Source of the DNA: a virus
DNA length: 39,123 nt
Reading direction: 5' to 3' (one strand)
IMG/VR virus record: IMGVR_UViG_3300045988_025029
Span: 1-39,123 of that record
Position numbers and translations under genes: made by a program. Below are positions 24,985-31,618 of the stretch, piece by piece. The notes beneath the pieces are model-generated. The model ran no database searches. It was not told the origin of the DNA and saw only the letters and a program-made list of their open reading frames with translations. How positions within the stretch are numbered: position 1 is the stretch's first letter; the number at the start of each line of letters is the position of its first letter.

Positions 24985-25296
24985 ATGAAAGTTATTGAGA
25001 AATTGGAAAATTTTATCGATAGCGAGATCCACGATGCAGAAGTATATGCAAAGTGCGCCCTAAAATACAAGGAATCCGACCCCACGCTTGCGAAACTGTT
25101 TTACGATTTGTCCACGGAAGAAATGCGGCACATGGATTTGCTACATGGAGAAGTTGTACGCCAGATTGAGCAGTATCGCAAGGCAAATGGTGAACCGCCC
25201 GCCTCCATGCAGGCTATCTATGATTATCTGCACGAGAAGCAAATCGACAAAGCAAATGATGTAAAGAGCTGCCAAAGCATGTATCGCAATGGGTAA
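24985..25296 (+). CDS. Ferritin-like/Coat-F-like helical protein, tentative
   Basis: DAEVYAKCALKYKESDPTLAKLFYDLSTEEMRHMDLLHGEV contains E...ExxH. Confidence 0.6.
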   Translation: MKVIEKLENFIDSEIHDAEVYAKCALKYKESDPTLAKLFYDLSTEEMRHMDLLHGEVVRQIEQYRKANGEPPASMQAIYDYLHEKQIDKANDVKSCQSMYRNG

Positions 25297-25311
25297 ATAT
25301 CGCCCGAAAAG

Positions 25312-25331
25312 TGATAGTAATTTGATAGTAA
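25312..25331. repeat. Candidate integrase arm-type sites (P arm): TGATAGTAA x2, 11-bp phasing
   Basis: Identical 9-mers at 25312 and 25323. They share the TAGTAA core with 25549..25568. Confidence 0.45.
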
Positions 25332-25445
25332 CCCAAACGATACGGCGCGGTATAGCGTAACATTTTCGCAAGAAAAACACCAATAAATACCGCACTATAC
25401 CGCTTTATTGCAACAATATACTGCGCTTTTCGAACTGGCTTACGC

Positions 25446-25490
25446 CTTTTAAGCAGGGTGTCCGGGGTTCGAATCCCCGACGGGGCACCA
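25446..25490 (+). other. attP core: 3' 45 nt of a tRNA-Lys(UUU) gene (anticodon loop to CCA); not a complete tRNA
   Basis: CTTTTAA loop, GCAGG, variable GTGTC, T arm CGGGG-TTCGAAT-CCCCG, ACGGGGC-A-CCA. No matching 5' acceptor or D arm lies upstream. Confidence 0.8.
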
Positions 25491-25534
25491 AAAAAAGCCT
25501 TGAAACTCAACGGTTTCAAGGCTTCTCTCTTTTG
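25491..25534. terminator. Bidirectional rho-independent terminator (ends the int transcript on the minus strand)
   Basis: 11-bp stem AGCCTTGAAAC/GTTTCAAGGCT, flanked by A6 upstream and a T-rich run downstream. Confidence 0.75.
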
Positions 25535-25535
25535 C

Positions 25536-26630
25536 TTATTTTTTATTTGGTAGTAACGTGTTAGTAACAGCATCCACAAGTGTCTGCGCGTCGATGTGAG
25601 TATATATGTTTGCGGTGGTGGAATAATCGGCGTGTCCGAGTATTTTTTGGAGCATTTCCGGGGGCAATCCCTCTTTTACCGCCCGGGACGCGTATGTGTG
25701 GCGTGTTGCGTGCGGGGTCTTGCGCTTTATTCCCAGCCTGTCAAGAAGCGGGTAAAAATCACGCCTGCGGAAGTTCGCTGGGACTTTTTGCCCATCGTAG
25801 CCGGATAACAGCAGCGCCCCCGTTGCTTGCTTCGCAAAGTAGGAAAAGTATTGTTTCCCCTCCGGGCGAATGGGGATAACTCGGTTTCGTCCGGCTTCGG
25901 TTTTTTCGCCGCCGATCACATAATCGCCGTGACAGTCAGCCAGCGGCAAAGAAAACAGTTCCCCGATACGCATACCCGTTGCCAGCAGCATCAAGACAAT
26001 TTTCGCCGCATCGCTTTTGTCGGATTCCAATTTACGGATATCTTCCGCCGTGAAGATGTCCTTTTCTTTTTTTACATTCTCCGGCAGCCGGACAAACTTT
26101 GCAAAATTTGTTGTGCAGATTTCCTCTCGGATTGCCCAGTTCGACATCTGCGTTATGAGCTGCTTATACTTGTTCACGGTGGAATGGCTCTTGGTCATGT
26201 GTGGGTCAAGTACGGCTTGAAAGTCTGCGGTGCGGAGATCACGAAACTTTTTCCCGTGGAGCGGCGTAAATATGCGGTAGGCGTTGTTATATGATTCTAT
26301 CCCCTGCTTGCCGATCTCTTTGTAATGCTCCTCTTTCCACGCATCAAAGACTTCCGCAAAGGTCATATTATACCGCTCTGTTAAGCTCTTGCCGTTCAAC
26401 CGCTCCAAAGCATCCAGAGCGTCCGTTTTGCGCTCATAATGCCCGATAATCACTTTGTTTTTCGCGGCCACCCAAGGCGATTTTCTACGCCCCGCCAGTT
26501 TGTATACAGTTCCGGTGCCGTTTGCCCGCTTCAATGCCTTGCGCCGCTCGGTTACCTGTTTTTTTCCACAGAGATGGCAATATACGGCGCCCGGGACAAG
26601 AGTTGTTCCGCATTTAATGCAGTTGCTCAT
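25536..26630 (-). CDS. int: Tyrosine integrase with an N-terminal zinc ribbon
   Basis: MSNCIKCGTTLVPGAVYCHLCGKK. Catalytic residues in ATGMRIGE, HATRHTYAS and LGHADYSTTANIYTH. Adjacent to attP. Confidence 0.9.
   Translation of the reverse strand: MSNCIKCGTTLVPGAVYCHLCGKKQVTERRKALKRANGTGTVYKLAGRRKSPWVAAKNKVIIGHYERKTDALDALERLNGKSLTERYNMTFAEVFDAWKEEHYKEIGKQGIESYNNAYRIFTPLHGKKFRDLRTADFQAVLDPHMTKSHSTVNKYKQLITQMSNWAIREEICTTNFAKFVRLPENVKKEKDIFTAEDIRKLESDKSDAAKIVLMLLATGMRIGELFSLPLADCHGDYVIGGEKTEAGRNRVIPIRPEGKQYFSYFAKQATGALLLSGYDGQKVPANFRRRDFYPLLDRLGIKRKTPHATRHTYASRAVKEGLPPEMLQKILGHADYSTTANIYTHIDAQTLVDAVTNTLLPNKK
25549..25568. repeat. Candidate integrase arm-type sites (P' arm): GGTAGTAAC and GTTAGTAAC, 11-bp phasing
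   Basis: Same orientation and TAGTAA core as 25312..25331. Located within the last codons of int. Confidence 0.4.
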
Positions 26631-27207
26631 TTTCTGCTTCCTCGCCTTGTTTGGATTTTTTGCCCGCCGCAAGAGTGGACAATAGCACGGATGTAAGTAC
26701 GCCGATACCCACCGCCAAAAGCGCAATGACAATCCATGCAATCGTACCGGCTGTCCTGGATCGGATCAGTCCTTCGTCCTGCACACTGTAATCAAGCGCC
26801 ACATACCATGTAACTATACCCAGCAGGATAGCGGACAGCAGCGATGTGATATACAGCATCGTGCGCTGCCGCCTTGCTTTTTTCTTCTGCTCCTCTGCTG
26901 ATTTAGACAGTTCATCGTATGCGCCCTCTATCCGTGCAAGGCGCACATCCTCGTCATGGACTTGCTGGAGCTGCTTGATTTGGTCTTGCGCCAAAACGAC
27001 CTCTACAATGCCAAAGTAACGGTCCATAGACACCCCCAGTACCTTGCAGATGGGGCCAGCCGCATACACGCCCGGTGCTTTAGATGTGGATGCGAAAAAG
27101 TTGTTAACGCTGGACAAAGGCACACCGGATTGGTCTGCTATCTCCTGCGCCGTGATGTGCTGTTCCAGTTTTGCGTCCCGACAAGTGTCCTGCAACGATT
27201 TCTCCAT
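26614..27207 (-). CDS. Membrane-anchored XRE-family HTH protein (HTH, coiled coil, two TM helices)
   Basis: ITAQEIADQSGVPLSSVNNFFA is an HTH. TM segments are LYITSLLSAILLGIVTWYVAL and IAWIVIALLAVGIGVLTSVLL. Overlaps the int start by 17 nt. Confidence 0.75.
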   Translation of the reverse strand: MEKSLQDTCRDAKLEQHITAQEIADQSGVPLSSVNNFFASTSKAPGVYAAGPICKVLGVSMDRYFGIVEVVLAQDQIKQLQQVHDEDVRLARIEGAYDELSKSAEEQKKKARRQRTMLYITSLLSAILLGIVTWYVALDYSVQDEGLIRSRTAGTIAWIVIALLAVGIGVLTSVLLSTLAAGKKSKQGEEAENEQLH

Positions 27208-27258
27208 GTTTAATTGCCTTCTTCCCCTTTTTCGGGCATAGCCCGCATTATTTTGCAA

Positions 27259-27272
27259 ACCCCAAATTTGGG
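27259..27272. promoter_or_regulatory. Perfect 14-bp palindrome CCCCAAATTTGGGG upstream of the HTH-TM/int operon
   Basis: Read directly from the sequence. Function unknown (operator or hairpin). Confidence 0.4.
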
Positions 27273-27363
27273 GATATTGCCTTTTTTGAGATTGCACCGC
27301 CCGATTTATTTTTGATATGATAGAGGCGCAAACGATAAACCGTTAGGTGATTCGTGGGCAATA

Positions 27364-27394
27364 CCCTCCCCGTCCGGTGCGGGGATGGGGAGGG
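27364..27394. repeat. GC-rich hairpin element A (CCCTCCCC, 15-nt loop, GGGGAGGG)
   Basis: Its reverse complement matches 28860..28890 at 28/31 positions. Confidence 0.8.
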
Positions 27395-27495
27395 TAGAAC
27401 AAAATTTCTATTTTCCTGTTTTTGTTGCCCTGAACTATGCAACAAATGTCGTTTTCAGGGTAAAGGTGAAAATACTTTACTTGGAGGACGTACAA

Positions 27496-27648
27496 ATGAT
27501 GATTTTTCCCCAAAAATGTGGTATACTTAATGAAACACCTGTACGGGAACGACTGAAAGAGGAAATCACGACTCTGACAGACCGCCAGGCTGAATATGTA
27601 TTAAGGAGGTTGCAGGATGTTCAAGACAAGAAAGCAGTTAAAGGATGA
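27496..27648 (+). CDS. Small hypothetical protein (50 aa)
   Basis: GGAGGA RBS 7 nt upstream of the ATG. Confidence 0.5.
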   Translation: MMIFPQKCGILNETPVRERLKEEITTLTDRQAEYVLRRLQDVQDKKAVKG

Positions 27649-27907
27649 AATTAGAAGACTGAATATCGAGCTTTCCGAAGAAAGACGCAAGACCCGTGTG
27701 TCCGCATTTATTGAATCCTCCGGGCTTCCACAGTGCAAAAGCCTTGCGTGTGCGGATTGCATCCATGTTGTTTATCGGCGGTCTATTCGTGGTGACTATT
27801 ATATAATAGGCTGCGGCAAAAACAATCCGTGCGACGACTACGAAAAAGACCCTGCCGCCAGTTTGGCAGCTAATCAAGCAATGCAGCAACCGCGATGGCA
27901 GTTGTAA
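27617..27907 (+). CDS. Hypothetical coiled-coil/Cys-rich protein (96 aa)
   Basis: AAGGAGG RBS. The 3' end overlaps the convergent 27870..28190 gene by 38 nt. Confidence 0.6.
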   Translation: MFKTRKQLKDEIRRLNIELSEERRKTRVSAFIESSGLPQCKSLACADCIHVVYRRSIRGDYYIIGCGKNNPCDDYEKDPAASLAANQAMQQPRWQL

Positions 27908-28190
27908 TCGCATACGGCACCCAAAACATAAGTAGATCTTTCCTGCGCTGCTCTATGTAGCCGCTCCCCAGTATCGTAATGCGCCAATACTGAACGCCGT
28001 CATGGACGGTTCCATTTTCGCTTATTGACTCCCCTATGCTGTAAAAATCAATCAGGCCTTCTTTCGCAAGGAACGAAGTGTATCTGTTTAGTATGTGATC
28101 GTCCTTGATTCCGACAAAACTATCTGCTTCGCCTCGGGTCATATTCTTTTTGTATAAGGCTTTTAGCAGCCGATATGCAGTCTTTTCCAT
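27870..28190 (-). CDS. Hypothetical protein with a C-terminal TM anchor, co-transcribed with the repressor (superinfection-exclusion candidate)
   Basis: The ATG lies 1 nt after the repressor stop. C-terminus LLMFWVPYAITTAIAVAALL. Confidence 0.65.
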   Translation of the reverse strand: MEKTAYRLLKALYKKNMTRGEADSFVGIKDDHILNRYTSFLAKEGLIDFYSIGESISENGTVHDGVQYWRITILGSGYIEQRRKDLLMFWVPYAITTAIAVAALLD

Positions 28191-28191
28191 A

Positions 28192-28560
28192 TTACAGCAC
28201 CCTCTTAGCTTCCAGCACAATGCCCAATAGCTTCTCGCATTGCTCATCGGTCAAACCATCAACTGCATCAAGCAACGCTTTCCGTGCTGCGCTCAATCCC
28301 TCGGCATTTATGCCGGGGGCTTTTTTTATGCTTGGATCATCCGTTTCGCCCTTTAGCCACTCCACGGATACACCTTTTAAAGCGGAAATCTGGAAAAGGT
28401 AATTTTTGTACGAGTCGCTTTTCCCTGATTCCCAATCGCTAACTATTGCCCCGCTCTTAAATCCGAGCATCCTTGCAAAATCAGCCTTTGCACCATGCAC
28501 AAACTTCCCATCCGGCTTGTGGGGGATAAGAGAAAGAACCCGTTCTTGCATAATTGACAT
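28192..28560 (-). CDS. CI-like XRE-family repressor (no peptidase domain)
   Basis: FARMLGFKSGAIVSDWESGKSDSYKNYLFQISALKGVSVEWL is an HTH. Divergent from the Cro-like gene. Confidence 0.8.
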   Translation of the reverse strand: MSIMQERVLSLIPHKPDGKFVHGAKADFARMLGFKSGAIVSDWESGKSDSYKNYLFQISALKGVSVEWLKGETDDPSIKKAPGINAEGLSAARKALLDAVDGLTDEQCEKLLGIVLEAKRVL

Positions 28561-28593
28561 ATTTGCTTACCTAAATTTGTTGGATTTGCCAAA

Positions 28594-28611
28594 ATTCAAT
28601 ATTTATTGAAT
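28594..28611. promoter_or_regulatory. Operator-like palindrome ATTCAATA-TT-TATTGAAT, with ATTTGC(C/T) repeats nearby (28561, 28584, 28610)
   Basis: 8-bp inverted repeat in the AT-rich stretch next to the repressor start. Confidence 0.5.
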
Positions 28612-28618
28612 TTGCCTA

Positions 28619-28647
28619 TTGCAAACTTCGCATTTGTGAGGTATCTT
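28619..28647 (+). promoter_or_regulatory. Possible rightward early promoter
   Basis: TTGCAA, 17-nt spacer, TATCTT. The -10 is weak. Confidence 0.3.
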
Positions 28648-28858
28648 TATATCAGGCCCACCGGAAAAGGGTACAAAAACACCAGCCCCCACGAAAGCGG
28701 CTTTTAACAATTTCTTTTGGCGAAGGTATTGTACCGCAGTTTTTGTGGAGTGTCAAGTGTGAAACCTCATGAATATGAGTTTTCGGTGGGCGTTGACTGC
28801 GGCGGGGATAGAAAAACCGCCCCGTGCGGTAACACGAGGCGGCGGGGTGTAGGAGTTT

Positions 28859-28891
28859 CCCCTCCCCACCTCCGCACCGGGCGGGGAGGGG
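28859..28891. repeat. GC-rich hairpin element B (CCCCTCCCC, 15-nt loop, GGGGAGGGG)
   Basis: Inverted copy of element A (28/31 identity). Confidence 0.8.
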
Positions 28892-28933
28892 ATTTAACAG
28901 CAAAACGCGCTGCCTTTGCACTCCTGCAAGGCG

Positions 28934-28963
28934 ATTATAGCACAAACGCCCCGCCGCAGTCAA
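28934..28963 (-). promoter_or_regulatory. Near-consensus leftward promoter about 365 nt upstream of the repressor gene
   Basis: On the minus strand: TTGACT, 18-nt spacer, TATAAT. Confidence 0.5.
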
Positions 28964-28994
28964 TGAAATCTCACATATAAGGAGGGAATGAAAT

Positions 28995-29213
28995 TTGACA
29001 TTGAGAGAAATGCGGGATAGAGCAAATCTTTCCTGCGCACAGGTAGGCAAGAAGCTGTTTGTTGACCAGTCCTGCGTAAGACATTGGGAATACGGAGACT
29101 GGGCACCGGCACGGAAGTATTACAAGAAAATGGCAAAGCTGTACGGCGTGTCGGAGGAGGAGATCAAGGCTGCTGCGGAAGCTATCCGGGCGGCGAATAA
29201 GGAGGAACGATGA
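28995..29213 (+). CDS. Cro-like XRE HTH protein
   Basis: TAAGGAGGG RBS 8 nt upstream of the TTG start. LREMRDRANLSCAQVGKKLFVDQSCVRHWEYG. Confidence 0.75.
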   Translation: MTLREMRDRANLSCAQVGKKLFVDQSCVRHWEYGDWAPARKYYKKMAKLYGVSEEEIKAAAEAIRAANKEER

Positions 29214-29407
29214 TTAAGACGATGTCGCTGCAAGAGTGCATGGAGCATCTTCGGGTGCATGGACTGAGCATTTCGCAAGACACGCTGGCGAACGGGATTG
29301 AACAGGGTGTGTATCCTTTTGGCCTGTGCGTTATCGGAGGGAAACGGCGTGTTTTTCAGATTTTTTCCAATCTGCTGGACAAGTGGATTGCGGAGCGGGA
29401 GGAGTAA
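29210..29407 (+). CDS. Excisionase-family/MerR-like HTH protein (candidate Xis or early regulator)
   Basis: ATGA overlap. 65 aa with a C-terminal FSNLLDKWIAERE, typical of HTH_17-like proteins. Confidence 0.5.
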   Translation: MIKTMSLQECMEHLRVHGLSISQDTLANGIEQGVYPFGLCVIGGKRRVFQIFSNLLDKWIAEREE

Positions 29408-29409
29408 AC

Positions 29410-29508
29410 ATGGACGGTTACACATTGACACTGGTCATCATCGGCGCGGCTACGGTGGCGTGGATGTTCGTGAAGCTGGTGGACAAGCTGGATAGACCCG
29501 GCAAGTGA
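29410..29508 (+). CDS. Small single-TM protein (32 aa)
   Basis: GGGAGGAG RBS. Product MDGYTLTLVIIGAATVAWMFVKLV. Confidence 0.5.
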   Translation: MDGYTLTLVIIGAATVAWMFVKLVDKLDRPGK

Positions 29509-29527
29509 GAATTTGGGAGGAATGAAG

Positions 29528-29818
29528 ATGCAAAGACATTACTACGCCATCGTGGCTGAAAGGTGCGGCGTCCGGGTAATTATGCGGTCGGAGCGCGATG
29601 TGGCCGAGGCGGGCGATCTGGTTAGCGGCAGCAACAAGACAACCGTATATTCCGGGTACAAGGTCATCACAGCGCCACGCTTTGTTCTGTGCGGAACCGG
29701 TGAGGACGATTTCCTGAACGCCCTGTATTGGGGGGATATTCCCCAGGTTTCCAAGGTCACCCGGGATATTTGGAAGCTGGAGCCGGAAAAGGAGGATGCA
29801 TCCGATGTGGACAACTGA
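29528..29818 (+). CDS. Hypothetical early protein
   Basis: GGGAGG RBS 6 nt upstream. ATG at 29522 is an alternative start. Confidence 0.6.
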   Translation: MQRHYYAIVAERCGVRVIMRSERDVAEAGDLVSGSNKTTVYSGYKVITAPRFVLCGTGEDDFLNALYWGDIPQVSKVTRDIWKLEPEKEDASDVDN

Positions 29819-29999
29819 TCCGGTATGGGACGCGGAGTGTTACGCCGAAGAGCAGGACAGGCAGACCGACCGGCGCCCCGTGTGCGACTGCTGCGGGGGG
29901 CCAATCCAGGAGGATTGTGCATTGCATTACAAGGGTTTTTGGCTCTGCGGCGAGTGCGTCAGCAACAATGAGGAGTATATCGAGGAGGCGTGGGAATGA
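29805..29999 (+). CDS. Small Cys-rich early protein
   Basis: AAGGAGG RBS. Contains CDCCG...CGEC. Confidence 0.55.
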   Translation: MWTTDPVWDAECYAEEQDRQTDRRPVCDCCGGPIQEDCALHYKGFWLCGECVSNNEEYIEEAWE

Positions 30000-30199
30000 G
30001 CGAGGGCGGCGTATTGCGGTACATCAAGACATCCGTGGATATTTACTTTCCGGAGGGGCATATGGCGTGTAACCTCTGCCCTATGCTGGAAACATATTCC
30101 CGCAACCAGTGCAGGAGAACGGGCGAGTATCTGATGGACACAAGAATCATTGGTGCGCACTGCCCGCTGGAAATCATTGACGAGGAGGAAGAATTTTGA
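29996..30199 (+). CDS. Small Cys-rich early protein
   Basis: ATGA overlap. Contains CNLCP...C...C. Confidence 0.55.
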   Translation: MSEGGVLRYIKTSVDIYFPEGHMACNLCPMLETYSRNQCRRTGEYLMDTRIIGAHCPLEIIDEEEEF

Positions 30200-30786
30200 A
30201 TATCTACGAGAAGATCGCTGCGATTATGCAGGATGTCCAGTATCTTGCAAAGGACGATCATGTGGAGTTCGGCAGCACCAAATACAAGGCATTGAGCGAG
30301 GAGAAAGTCACATCCATCATGCGTGCGGAACTGCTGAAACACAAACTGGTTGTATACCCCATCGCACAGACAGCCGGGAGAACTGGGAACATTACCCACG
30401 TGGATGTCATCTACCGCATGGTCAACGTGGAAAACCCGGAGGAATACATCGAGATTGCATCCTGCGGAGATGGCGCAGACACACAAGACAAGGGCAGCGG
30501 CAAGGCCATGACCTATGCGTTTAAGTATATGTGGCTGCGGACCTTTGCGCTTCCCACCGGCGAGGACCCGGACAAGATTTCCTCCGCAGAACTGGACGAG
30601 AAAGAGCGGAACGCTGCACCTGTGTGTGAGCGGTGCGGATCGGACATTGTGTCTGTAAGGAAGCGCAACGGCGAAATGTGGACGGTAAAGGATATGGTTA
30701 AGTATTCCAAGGGCCGCTACGGAGCGCAGATGTGCGCCGACTGCATGAAGGCAGCAAAGAAGGAGCAGGACAATGCTGCAGGCTGA
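30196..30786 (+). CDS. ERF-family single-strand annealing recombinase
   Basis: NIYEKIAAIMQDVQYLAKD...DKGSGKAMTYAFKYMWLRTFALPTGEDPD. TTG start with a GAGGAGGA RBS. Confidence 0.8.
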   Translation: MNIYEKIAAIMQDVQYLAKDDHVEFGSTKYKALSEEKVTSIMRAELLKHKLVVYPIAQTAGRTGNITHVDVIYRMVNVENPEEYIEIASCGDGADTQDKGSGKAMTYAFKYMWLRTFALPTGEDPDKISSAELDEKERNAAPVCERCGSDIVSVRKRNGEMWTVKDMVKYSKGRYGAQMCADCMKAAKKEQDNAAG

Positions 30787-31333
30787 TGTGACCGCCGCCC
30801 GGTGGCAGCAGGACAGCGATGGAGCGTGGCTGTGCCTTCTGGTGCAGTCCCCCCGGGCGGCAATGGCCGTGTGCGACGAGCTGCAGCCGGACAAGCAGTA
30901 TGTGGCGCAGATCAAACGCAAGGGCCGGAGCCTTGACGCAAATGCGTATGCGTGGGTTTTGCTGGACAAGCTGGCGGCGCACTATGGGATTCCGAGGAAT
31001 GATGTGTATCGGGAGGAAATCAAGACCATCGGTGGCGTAAGCGATGTTCTGTGCATTGTGTCAAAGGCGGCGGACGAGTTCTGCCGAAAATGGGAATCCA
31101 AGGGAACGGGCTGGATGGCAGAGCAAGGGCCGAGCAAAATTCCCGGCTGCGTGAATGTGACCGTCTGGTACGGCTCCAGCACCTACGATGTGGAGCAGAT
31201 GAGCCGCCTTATCGACCAAATTGTTTCCGATTGCAGGGAAGTAAACATCGAGACGCTGACCCCGCAAGAGCTGGATTCCCTGAAATCTCGATGGGGCGAA
31301 GCCCAGCCGCTGGGAGGTGATAAAAGTGACTGA
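30773..31333 (+). CDS. NinB/Orf-like recombination mediator
   Basis: KGRSLDANAYAWVLLDKLA and a C-terminal SRWGE parallel lambda NinB (RSLDQNRKLW...RWG). Confidence 0.6.
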   Translation: MLQADVTAARWQQDSDGAWLCLLVQSPRAAMAVCDELQPDKQYVAQIKRKGRSLDANAYAWVLLDKLAAHYGIPRNDVYREEIKTIGGVSDVLCIVSKAADEFCRKWESKGTGWMAEQGPSKIPGCVNVTVWYGSSTYDVEQMSRLIDQIVSDCREVNIETLTPQELDSLKSRWGEAQPLGGDKSD

Positions 31334-31607
31334 CAATAGACGGTGTTTTCTCTGTGGCAGAAATGGCGCAAGTGACCCGCTGGAGCGGCACCATATCTTC
31401 GGAGGCGCGTACCGCAACAAAAGCGAGAAATACGGCCTTGTGGTTGATCTCTGCGGTGATCGGTGCCATAGAAATGGGAGCCTATCCGTACACCGCAACG
31501 GAAATCAAATGCGCCTGCTGCGCCGATATGGTCAGTTAAAGGCCATGCGGGAGCAGGGCTGGACGGAAGATGACTTCCGGCGTGAATTCGGAAAAAGCTA
31601 TTTGTAA
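31317..31607 (+). CDS. Small HNH/NinG-like zinc-binding nuclease, tentative
   Basis: CFLCG...ERHHIFGG..RN......DLCGDRCH. GTG at 31326 is an alternative start. Confidence 0.55.
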   Translation: MIKVTDNRRCFLCGRNGASDPLERHHIFGGAYRNKSEKYGLVVDLCGDRCHRNGSLSVHRNGNQMRLLRRYGQLKAMREQGWTEDDFRREFGKSYL

Positions 31608-31618
31608 GGAGGAAAAAG

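Larger units (their letters stand above)
28793..28963. other. 171-bp GC-rich dyad element/candidate structured RNA closed by a 15-bp inverted repeat
   Basis: TTGACTGCGGCGGGG (28793..28807) pairs with CCCCGCCGCAGTCAA (28949..28963). An inner 9-bp helix pairs 28848..28856 with 28920..28928. Hairpin B and further hairpins lie inside. Confidence 0.55.

Noticed and set aside
25446-25490. Possible functional tRNA-Lys gene.
   Set aside because: Only the anticodon loop to the CCA end is present. The upstream sequence cannot supply the 5' acceptor strand or the D arm. It is the attP core, not a gene.
28717-28980. 87-aa + strand ORF, and the 132-aa minus-strand ORF 28652..29050, spanning the structured repressor/cro intergenic region.
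   Set aside because: They have no Shine-Dalgarno sequence, a TTG start, or a start upstream of the only plausible promoter, and Arg/Gly/Pro-rich low-complexity products. The extensive nested base-pairing explains the sequence better.
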